Shown piece by piece: positions 25,301 through 37,300 of a stretch of 62,862 nucleotides of DNA. The stretch is taken from assembly GCF_000002075.1 (NCBI RefSeq), contig NW_004797298.1:1864257-1927118 (forward strand). Direction: 5' to 3'. Source of the stretch: Aplysia californica. Taxonomy: Eukaryota. The notes below the pieces were generated by a model. That model was not told the DNA's origin. It saw only the letters and a program-made list of their open reading frames with translations, and ran no database searches. Numbering within the stretch: the first letter of the stretch is position 1; every line of letters starts with the position of its first letter. The position numbers were made by a program, and so were the translations under genes.

Positions 25301-28300
25301 GACTGTTGATTTTTATTTTCAGTTTCTATTGTCTGCTCTGGTTTATTGATGTTAGTCAGTGTGATCACGTAGCCATCATGTAGTGTGAACACTAGCTTTT
25401 GGTACTGCAGTATTTCTGATTCACCATGCCATCAGTGTTGTGATCATGGGGAAAGCTTTATCATACATGTTGTTTCTTTTTCTGTTGTGAAGAGCTCTCA
25501 TAACTTTTCTTAATGGTGGAGATTTGCTTAAAATGTAGCTCATGGTTTTATTTGTGAGGTCTTCCTGGAAAAAGTGGTAGTTATTGGGCTGACTATATCA
25601 TCTGCTGTGAGTGCAAATTGGAGAATTAAACTATGCTTCTGTCCACTGTCAATACAGTGTTTACCAAATTTAGCTGTGCTTTAACAACACCAAGGCACAT
25701 GAATCTAGCTTTATGTTTTGTAAAGAACAGACACTGATGTCAACAAACTTGCCTCATGAATATCCTAGTCATGTAGAGCAGGGTATTCCGGTGTGAGCTA
25801 AAAGCCAAACTAAAAATTTTTTTCCTCAGTAGTCAATTAAATATTTATCTTTTTTTCTCTTTCGCAATATAATTTATTATCTAACAATAACACATGTTTT
25901 CTTGATTCATCTAGATTATTACAGAGGACATATTGCTCAGACTTGATTGAATATTTATTCTTTGATCATATCAGTTCTTGTAATTTGTAACTTTGAGATG
26001 CAACTGCCTAGTCCTAAAGTATTTGTTGTCACCTATGGCTGTGTGTGTGTACAGTGTGTATCAGTCATGACATATAAAGCAGTGTGTACAAGAAAAAGCT
26101 TTAGACATTTTCTTCTTGTCCAAGTAAGGAGACTTGTTTTTACAATGACATTCTTAATGTCTTTTCAGGACATATTTATTATGTATGAAGGCGTCAATGC
26201 TCTGTATGTTGTGTGTATGTACAGATGGACGTTGCCATCCAGGCTTTCCACTCAGAAGATCCTGGCAAAGAGGATGGTGCCCGCTACGATTTGGAAGATG
26301 AGGATGATGGTGTTGAAGAGAATTACACCTCCCCCAAAGCTGTGGGACACAACATCTATATCTTGGCTCATCAGGTATGACATACAGACACAACCGTGGG
26401 AACATACATGATGTCACACCCCCAGACTTGCTCTTAGGCACAGGACTTATTCATACAATATTTCGTCCAATAATGCTGCAGGACACAACATGAACATCTT
26501 GACACATTGGGTGTAACATTCAGACCTGGAATTTTACCCCCATTTACAAGTCAACGACTACATACTGATGTTCTCATATACAGACAAGCACTATAGTAAG
26601 GGGCAAAAGGTTCTAGCAGAAGACTTATTTTAAAATTGTAAAATGCTTTTCTGTTGTGTACATACCACAATGTGGTTTTCAATTTTCCTGCAATAGAAAT
26701 GTTGACCCCTCAGAATTCACTTACACTGAGAAGACTGTGTAGTAATTTATAGAGAAGTGAACAATGTTTTGATTAAGAAAGACAAAGTGTTCTTAAAGGC
26801 CATTTTTCTTCACAGGTTTACACTCCATTCTTGCACTTGTAAACACATTTTGTTGAATCCACTTTTGATTTAACAATGTTCATTTCACAGAATATGTCAT
26901 CACATTGTAAAATCATGTCCCGAACACTGTCTACCAGAATTAGACTTTATTTGTGCCAGTTACGTCTAGGTGTTGTATTGAATAGAATGATTGTGCGATA
27001 AATTTTGAGTGTTGCTACAAGCTAGTCCTGTGTCCTGTGTCCAGCTCTCCCAGCACAACAAGGAGCTGGCTGACTTGTTACGTCCAGGGGGGAACGATCT
27101 GTTTGGTGACCAGGCCCTGGAGTACTACCACAAACACACTGCACAGATTGAGGTAAACAGGACAATGGAGGGCGCTACTAGTACTTTTCTTTCTCTTTGT
27201 TGTTTCTGTCTGTCTGTCTTAACTTTTTCCATGCTCTAAATGACCATTTTTGTGTCATTGTGCTTCTGTTTACTTGAACAAGCAAACAAAGATTGAGATA
27301 AATGGCCATTCTCTCAGGGACTGACCACTTGCAGACTGATTGCAAGGGTAAGGAAACTGTCAAATTTGTCTTTTCAAAATACAAGATTCAAACAGAAATT
27401 ACATGAGCAAGGGTACAGTTATTCTACACATTTCTAAAGGCACACCCACATCCCCCTAAAAAAGTGCAGGGTAGTAAATCTGTCTCAAAACTGTCCTCAG
27501 ACCAGGGTAAATGTTGGCAAACCAGTGATGTGTACTTTAGTTCTAATTTGGTCCTTGCTAAATGTAGCCTTTATTGGTGGATGGTTGGAGGGCGCCACTG
27601 TTAGATCCTACTTCTTTACTCTCCTTCTGTTGTTTATTTCTGTCTGTTTGTCTGTCTGTCACTGTCATACCTTTTCTCAGCACTAAGTGACCTTTATTGT
27701 GTTGATGGGCTTCTCTTTACTTAAAGAAACAAACTGAAACAAGTAGCCTTTATTGTAATTGCCCTTAATACTTAACAACTTTACACCGTGGGTGGTTGGA
27801 AGTGTGCCTCTGGTTTGCCGTACTTCTTTAAGGTACCCCTGTTGCTTCTTTCACATTTGTCTTATTCTTTCCCAACAGTTAATGATTGTAACTGTGTCGA
27901 CGTGATTCTGTTTTCACAAACAACTAACTCCTGTGTCCCCCCAGATTGTTCGTCAGGACCGCACCATGGAGCGTATCGTGTTCCCCATCCCAGAGATCTG
28001 TGAGTACCTGACCAAAGAGACCAAGCTGAACGTGTTTAAGTGTGCAGAGCGTGATGAGCAGGGCAGCAAGGTGCAGGATTTCTTCAGCCGGCACAACGAC
28101 ATGTTTAACGAGATGAAATGGCAGAAAAAACTGCGGAGTAAGTCACTTAGAGCTAGCGTAGGCAAACACGCACTCAAGTATGCATAAAAATGTATGCTCA
28201 CACCCCATCTCCTTTTCTTAAAATTACAAGTGTTAAACACTCCTATCGACACAATTAAATTCATTTAGTAGACAGGATACTTTAACATTGCATCTCTGGG

Positions 28301-31300
28301 TCAACCTTGCCTCGATGGTATAGGGTGTCCCAACCGACAAATGGAGAAACCTGAAAAGAGAGCCTCATTAGAAATCAAATTCACTTTTTCTGTGCACAGT
28401 GGCAGAGAGCCTAACCACTACACTACAGATGCCGGTCCTCTATCTTCCCCACACAGCCACACAATAACTTCCTGTGTAACCCTATGAAGTTCAGCTCTGA
28501 TGTAGCCTCCTACTTCATTTCAGTTTTATTTTTGTCCCAATCAGTTACATAGAGAAATATGATGGCCGTTGTGCGAACTCATAAAAAATTAAACTCTACA
28601 AAAATAATTTTGCAAATGGTTTGAAGGTAGGTCCTACTTCTTTTCTTTCCCTTTGTTATTTCTGTCAAACAGTCTTACTTTTTTGCTGCACTGTATGACC
28701 GTTATTATGTCTTACTTTTTGGCTGCACTGTATGACCGTTATTATGTCAATGCCTTTCTCATTACTTATTCAAATAAACAGACAAAACAGCAGGGGGCTC
28801 TCGTGGCCTAGAGGTTAAGGTGTTGGCCTCTCATTCTAAGGTCCCGGGTTCGAATCCGGGTAGCGACAGAAAAATTTTCTTCTCTAAAATTGTCTCCTTT
28901 CATCTCTTTTCTTGCTCTCTAGCAATGTTCTGTTGTCTGCTTTCATTTCCACTTTCTGCTCTCACCCCCTCACCTCCTTTACCCCCTCCTCTGGGCTCCT
29001 GATTCTTTCTGCAGCCTTTCTTCTGCTACTCCTTGGCTCCTCCTTTCTGCTGTCTTTCTGCCACACCCCTGATTTTCTGGTAGGAAAGATCTACACCTAG
29101 CCTTCTCGGACAAGGGCGAAAAATCTCGGAGGGCCCATGAGCAAGTTGCGTACGTTAAAGATCCCTTGGTGGTCTAAAATCTATAAGAGTAGGCTTCTGC
29201 CGCCACCTGGGCAAAATTCAAAATTTCCTACCAACTGAAAAGGAAAATATTAGGTGTGTCCTGCGCACTCATATGACCTTATGCAGTTGCGAGCGCCGTA
29301 AAACACTTTACAAAAAACCAAAAAAAAGACTAAACAGCTGGGCTCTCTCTCACAGTAAGTTTGTGTTTTGTGTCCCTCAGTGCAACCAATGATGTTCTGG
29401 TTCAGCAGTCACATGGGTCTGTGGAACAGCATCACCTTCTCCTGTGCTGTCATCATCAACCTGCTTGTGGCCATCTTCTACCCTTACGACACTCTGGACT
29501 TCCGTAAGTATCTCCTCATTGATTGACCATATCTGACATTGACTGACTCTCTCTCTCTCTCTGAAAACTTTGGAATTCTGAAAATACAAAATGATTTAGA
29601 CTTTGTTTATGCCTTTCTCTTTCTTTTTTACTTGCAAAGTTGTACTGTAAACTCTGCCAGGTGGGTGGTTGGCGGGTGCTCTGGTGTGGTTTGCTCCTTC
29701 TTTCCTATCAAACGTCTATCATTCTGATCTCTCCTCCTTCTTTTTTGTGTTTGTTACTCTCTTGTAACACCTCTAATCTTCGGCACTTATATGACCTTAT
29801 TGTGTTTCTAGTGCCGTAAAACTCTTACTAAAACTAAAAACTCGGCCATATCAATGTGGCACTCGTTATTGAAGATTTTGTACCTTTTTCCACAATTTCA
29901 CGTGATGGACATAAAATAGAAATTAAATCCTTACTTAGTAATATTTCTCATTCTATGGAGAGTGAGCTGAAAACAATACGCCTCAATTTTTAATAGACTT
30001 AGGTGGCATTGGTTTTTGTAAAGCATTTTCTTTGGCCCTTCCATTTTTGTGGGCCAGTACTGTGGAGTAAAGAGTATACTGTCAAAAAAACCCAGTCCAT
30101 TCAAAAAGAAAATCTGGGACTTGATGTGATTTGTTTATAGAGCTTTTCATGTATAGATGTACACAAAAATAATAATAGTGTTAGCTTTCTGAAGTACAAC
30201 ATCTTTATTTGTCTCAACACGTTCATAGTGTTCCTTCGATTTCAAGCAAGAATTATAAAAGATTTTTTTTAAGTAAAAATCTTTGGTTTGTTCAGCTGTG
30301 TAGAGAAATTTAGTGCCTTTAGAAAAAAGTACACAGCTGTCTTTCTGGCAAGGGACACTTTTTTTTAAACGATTTAAATCTTGTATGTAAAATAAATTGT
30401 ACTTTGAGTGAGTCATTTATTTTCAATTTTTCTACTACCCCAAAGATCTAACAAGGAATACAGAAGAAAAAGAAGTACAGAGTGCCAACTCTTTCTACTC
30501 TTAGTGTTTGCTGTGATGATGACCACTAAAGACTAATAATGATCTTCCTCTATTCTCCCCAGACTCTGTGGGCTTGCGTTTCAACGGTCTGTTGTGGGGT
30601 GCTGTCATGATCTGCACTGCTGTCGTCGTCTTTTTCCCACATCCTCTAGGCTTCAAAACCTTGCTGGCCTCCATCATATTGAGATTTGTCTGTACCTTTG
30701 GTCTGAGAGTCACCCTGTTTCTACTGGGACTCATGAATGTAAGTCATGTTTTGATGATGGTTTTGTCGGGAAAATTACATAGCAAAGGAAGTGTTCGATT
30801 GAAATTTTCAAGGTAAGAGACATACAGAAAAGTGGAAAGACATAGAATAATGTACCCTGTTCCACGGTGAGAAAGACAATGACGATGATTCATGGGGGAA
30901 AAAAGGCACTCAGTGCCTTGTTGGATACCCCAGGGTTTCTCAAAGTATTGTTTTATCACAATACCCTTTTCACTGGACCAAGAGAACATCTGATTAAAAT
31001 TCAGAAAGAAAAAAAAATATTTTAAAAAATGAAAAATAGATGTAAACTGTAAAAGGGAAAAATGATACCGATTTAATTAATTTTAGCAGTAAATTGTGCA
31101 GGACAGCTTGTCAAGTAAATAGTATGACATTAGTGTCTGTAACTTGTCTACCTTTTGGGTGTACACTGAAAACCATATATACTGGAGGGAAGTAGAACAT
31201 CTTGCAAGACACCATTTTAAGTCGTTTTGATTGTCGAGTACTTTATGATCCCATCAAAATACCATGGTAAGAGGAGAAATAGCTTCATAGCCCCATTTCA

Positions 31301-34300
31301 AATTAGGCCCCCCAAATGTCAGTGTGTAGGTCAAGTTCCATGGGTAAAAGTTTGCCAGCTGTTGCAGGAAATTCCAGCAAGAGAAAGCCAGCCGCCACGT
31401 GCCGGCAGCCTGCGACAACCGCCCTTGACTGGACAAGCGTCGATCTCGTGAAGCACGGGTTTCTTTCATTTACCTGACAACTGTTTTAAAAAGTCCAACT
31501 TTTTAACTCTGCTGCTCTCAAGTTCGAGCATAAATCAACAGTACAGGGGTGATTCGAATAGTCTTTCTAGACAAAGCCCCTTGAGATGCTATGCGTTTGA
31601 AAGTTTTCAGGCGAAATGGTTGTGACCAACTATTACCCATGTCAAGTTCACCAACCAGCAAGGCCAGTGGCCAAATGTGGCAGATATACATGCTGTCTCA
31701 GTTTAGCAGATATGGTCTCAGTTAAGCAGATATACATGCTGTCTCAGCATGGCCTAGACCAGCATAGAATACAACTTCACAAAACATGGTTCCCCAGCCC
31801 TTCTGCTACCTCTCTGAACCTGTGTGATGAAAATGTCGTGACTTTGCTGCTTCTCTGCCAGTGCCAGTAACTGCCATGTCTCTAATAATAGTCATGATAA
31901 ATAGCATTTCCCTACCTTTGAATTACAAAGTTCTGTCTAGTATTTTCAGCCGTTTTGCGTTACTCAGACCATGAGGTCAGAAACCAAATGTTCTAGTTCC
32001 TCTATCAAATTGGTAAGATTGTTTGGATTCATTATCAAGATATGCAAAGAATTACATTTGAAAAAGCTAGCTTGACATATTGTGGAACTCAAAATTTTTT
32101 TTTCGGCAAATTTCTCAAAACTAGGTACTGAGCAGATAGCACTTTGTAATTTTGTGGTAGCGATCTGTGTCGCGCATATCCCCAGTCAACAGCCAACTCT
32201 ATGTGTTTTGCCTAAATTATAAAAAATTATCTATGTTTTTTCAGCTGGTCAACAAGTTTGTCTTCATGGTGAGTCTCCTGGGCAACAGAGGTGTTCTCAT
32301 TAAGCCAGTCAACGAGATCCTTTCTGATTTTGAGATGGTCTACCACATCGGGTACTTCTTGCTCTGTGCCCTCGGCTTTTTCTGCCACGAGTTCTTTTTC
32401 AGTTTACTGGTGAGTGTGTGCCAGATGCTAAAAGAACATATGAGATATCACCAACCTGATCTGAGATTTTGATTTTATGAATGAAGTCAATAAGATGTCA
32501 ACAATGCTTTCAAGTCCAAAATTTCAAACTTTCAACCTTCAAATATAAATGATTTACAGCTTTCATTATATTTTCTTGACCTTCCGAAGGCCAACTGTGA
32601 CTTTTCCAACAATATGGCCAGTCAGAAGCTTTTGAAGTATCAATATTTTAAAGAAAAATAGAGCCACTGATGAATATTTTATACCAGATTCTAGATTTTT
32701 TTTTCTAGCGTACAAAATTTGAAAGCACTTGAAAACAGTAAAAGGAGTGAAATAAAAGTTAAAATGTCTAATCAGCAGCTGAGACGCATAACAAAAATAT
32801 AGAGTTACTGTTCAGAAATGTTGTGAGGTGGCCAAGTGGTCCTTGTTTAACAAAAGAGGAAAAACAGATGGTAAAATTAAAGTCAAACAGGTTAAGATGG
32901 TCTTTCTTCTCAGTAAGCTGTTGCTGCCTCTTCCTGTATGTGGTATCATAACATTGTCCTCTTCATGTCTCCAAATCATGTTTTTGCCAAGTCGTATGTT
33001 ATAATGTGTGGATGTATGGGCCATAGGCCTTTCAAATTAATAAAATCAACTTAATACCTCTTTGTGTCTCGTCAGCTCTTGGATGTGATCCAGCGTGAGG
33101 AGACGTTGCTAAATGTAATGAAGTCAGTGACCCGTAACGGGCGCTCCATCATCCTGACAGCGGTGCTGGCCTTCATCCTCATCTACCTGTTCTCCATCGT
33201 CGGGTTCATCAGCTTCCAGGACGACTTCCTCATGGAGGTGGAGTCACAAGCCCTACCGCTGTTGCCAGAGCAACAGGGAAACACCACACTGCCTGGTCAG
33301 GAAATACACTGTTGTTTTTTTTAAAATTCAGAATTGTATAAATGTTTCAGGAAATAAAATTTAAAAAAGAAATATTTTAAATTAAAAAATAAAGAAAGTG
33401 TGCGTAAGTTTATGCAGTTGAACAAAAACTACAGAAAAGGCTCAGGATTTTTGTTAACATACATAGCTGAACTATAAAATAAAAAACTAAAGCTTCTGAG
33501 CTTGTAGAGATGAGTACAACAGCCATATTTGATCATTCAGAATGGTAGCTGTATCAATCTTGGTATAGTTTTTGTATCTTGTGTATATTTGACATTCTCT
33601 GACATATAATCTACGTTGTTATATGGTACACATTAGGCCTACGACTCTCTCACTGGTCTATTGGGGGGAAAGTTTTGGACTATTCTCAAACACCTTCTGT
33701 GGCTTGTTATTTTTCTTTTACCATATTTTTTCCAAGATTTGTTTTCTGTTTAATGTTTACTTTTTTTTAACCTGCTTTGAGCATTACAGGGCAATGGCTG
33801 CATTTGAGCTCTGACAGGGGAAATGGAGATTGTTTTCATTATGGAGGTTGTGACCTGCTCAATGCTTTTAGGCTATAGAGAGTCAGAAAAAGTCATGGCT
33901 GTTTAAATGTGATATAAATAAAGCACTGAGTGTGTGCATGTATATGCTGACACTTGTGTCAAATAGGGGTGTAGGTGTTGATTTATCGTCAGTGCATTTC
34001 GCTATCCGCATAAGGAGCATTTAGATACTTTTGAGAAAACGTGCAAAAACTTTTTATTAGTCTAATATGCCTTTTAACCTCTTGATTTTTATAATGTTTA
34101 AGTTGTCATGAATTATTGTTTCAAATTATAATGTGAGAGCTGATTTTTAAGATTGTGCTTTGGTTAGATTGACTCAAATGGCATATGACCGATGTTTTCA
34201 AATTTTGTTTCATACGCAGATAGCAAACTGCAATGACATTATGTTTTATATACACTGATACTGTCTTGCATAAACAGTTCCTACCACTGTACCTATGTTA

Positions 34301-37300
34301 TGTAACGACCCGTCACAAATGGTCTTTGTTCTGTCTCTCTCAGAGAACCGGACATGTGCAGCAGATGGCAGCAACTGTACAGAGACTCAAGAGTCCTACA
34401 TCTCCCAGATACTTCACAGCACTGACTGTAAGTAATTCTCTTAGATACTTCACAGCATGGACTGTAAGTAAATCTCTCTCATGCTTCATAGCACTGGCTG
34501 TAAGTAAATCTCTCAGATACTTCACAGCTTTGACTGTAAATAAATCTCTCAGGTACTTCGCAGCACTGACTGTAAGGAAATCTCTCAGATACTTCACAGC
34601 ACGGACTGTAAGGAAATCTCTCAGATACTTCACAGCACCGACTGTGTAAGTAAACACTGACTGTAAGTAAATCTCTCAAATACTTCACAGCAGGGACTGT
34701 AAGTAAATTTCTCAGATCCTTCACAGCACTGACTGTAGTAAATTTATCTCTCAGATACTTCGGAGCACTGAATGTCAGTAAATACTGGGATATGCAGTCT
34801 TGTCATTCTCTGACTTACATCTGTATGTGTGAACTTGCCCTTTTCTTTACACTTATGCTATTCTTGAGTGGAAAGCCTCCCATAAGGCTGCGACAACAGC
34901 AAAAGTGCATAGTGACGTTGATCAAAGTCTTGCATGAAAGTATTGGTTTTGTAGAATTTTTTTACTTTCTTTTAGTTTTGAGGCCAAGTTGTTTTGCTTG
35001 ATGAAGTGAGAGCACAATCCCCACCTAACAAAAAGAAAAACTACTTGTGCTCTCACATGCACACATTGAGCCTGTGTTCTTTGCACACACAGAGAGAAAA
35101 CACCTCTGAGTGAGTCATCAGGTGTACTTTTTGATAATAAAAAAGTAAAAATCGAGGTTCATTGTGAGACTGCCAGTCTCATTCTCCTTCATCCTTGCTC
35201 AGACACGTAAGGAGTCGGGCAGAACAATTTTAAATACTTGTAACATACTTTCTCTTCCCTTAGATACTGAAAAGATGAGTAGTTTTGTATTCTTTTCTGA
35301 ATAATAAAGACACTTTGAACTCTCGGCTGTGTAGTTTCTCAAGTCACTGACCCAGTACCATTGAAATTTGGTGTCATTCCAGTTTAATAAACCAAGAAAT
35401 GTGAGGTATCGTGGTGAAGTCAGGCGCTCATCAAAATAATGAAGTCGAAGATACTGACACTTTTTTCCCTTTTGGCAATTTTTATCGAATTTTTATATTT
35501 TGGCTCCGTACCTTTTATGTCCATTTTAGAATGCATTGCTGTGTGGATTTTACTGCAAAATGTTGATTAAAGGCACGGAAAAAATGTACATTTACATTTT
35601 CCAGGGACTCTAAAACTTTAAAAGTCACCAGACTTTGACAGCCATTTTAATGCTAATTTTACCTCTAAAACTAGGCGACCCCCACCTCTTTTAATCACAA
35701 ATATCTCGACTTCTATTCAAGATAGATGTGATTTTTTTTCAACGAAAGATAGTCAAATGAACAAGCTTTAAGGTGATACCAACAACTTCACATGCACGCC
35801 AATTGACGAGCGCCTGATCCTACCACGTCGTGACATATGAAAAACCTTCGATTACCCAGCTGACAGACGTGTTGTGCTAGTGCCTTATACGAATATATCT
35901 GCAGGGGGTCTGAAGGAGTCTGCCGTGGAGGAGGACGGAGACAAGATGCGTGCCTGCGACTCGCTCATCATGTGTATCATTACCAGCCTGAACCAGGGTC
36001 TTCGCAATGGCGGCGGCATCGGTGATGTGCTGCGCAAGCCCAGCAAGAATGTGAGTAGCTGTGATGTAATCAGCATTTGGAAATTACATTATGTTACACC
36101 TGTATGTGAAGTTTTTCTACTTCTCAGGTATGGGACATTTTCGTCTTGCCCTCCCTTCCAGTTTCTGCCTCTCTATCTATTTGTCNNNNNNNNNNNNNNN
36201 NNNNNNNNNNNNNNNNNNNNNNNNNNNNNNNNNNNNNNNNNNNNNNNNNNNNNNNNNNNNNNNNNNNNNNNNNNNNNNNNNNNNNNNNNNNNNNNNNNNN
36301 NNNNNNNNNNNNNNNNNNNNNNNNNNNNNNNNNNNNNNNNNNNNNNNNNNNNNNNNNNAGATTTTGACAGTCCCACTGAAAGGGAGAAAAATCTCAGTGA
36401 GGGCTTGAAAATCTTCCCATATTTTTTTACTCACCTCGACAAAGGCCAGTAGTAAACATGTTGTAGTAAATTGATTGTAAATGATCATAATGAATTGTTT
36501 TTTCAAGTATCCATACCTCAAAGAGTGTCCATCCTTGTTACTTAATTTTATTTTGCAGTAAAACGCTGACCTTGTTACTTTATTTTATTGTGACAGCTTG
36601 TTACTTTATTTTACAGTAACATGTTGTTTCCATGTTACTTTATTTTACAGTAACATGCTTTGTCCATGTTACTTTATTTCACGGTAACATAAATAATGCC
36701 ACCCTAGTTTCTTTATTTTTGCGGTACAATGCATATATGCCCACATTGACAGTCCCATGTCTGTGTTTCCCCACTACAGGAGCCGCTGTTCTTGGCCCGG
36801 GTCATCTACGATCTCCTCTTCTACTTCATTGTCATCATCATTGTCCTCAACCTCATCTTTGGTGTCATCATCGACACTTTCGCCGACCTCAGGAGTGAGA
36901 AGCAGACTAAAGATGAGATCCTGAGGAACACCTGCTTTATTTGTGGTGAGTGACATCTTGTGTGTCATTCGTCTCATTTTGTGGGGAAGACCCTAGTTAT
37001 TCTCGGATAAGGTGCTTGCCTTTTTATTTTTACTACAAGTTAGCTAGGCAATGCACATCTTGTGTTATTTTCTCAGGTGACAAGACCCTTATACAAGCTA
37101 TGTGCATTACTTCTCAGCTGACAAGCCTCTATTATTATTGTTACTTCTCAGTTGAAAAGCCCCTGATATAGGTTATCTGTGTTATTTCTCAGCTGACTAA
37201 CACCTTTTATAAACTCTCTGCATTACTTCTCAGCTGTTGAGCTCCTAATGTAAGCTATAAGCATTACTTCTCTGCTGACAAGCGCTGATGAAAGTTCGAG

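Noticed and set aside
28793-28866. tRNA gene
   Set aside because: A/B boxes continue into a multi-copy SINE body with tail and TSD; no convincing acceptor stem.
34233-34657. 138-aa (+) and 105-aa (-) repeat ORFs ([12 protein letters not shown])n
   Set aside because: By-product of a 36-bp unit lacking stops in those frames; out of frame with Itpr.
34406-34786. 36-bp repeats as a CRISPR array
   Set aside because: Units are head-to-tail with no unique spacers, lie in a eukaryotic intron, and no cas genes are present.
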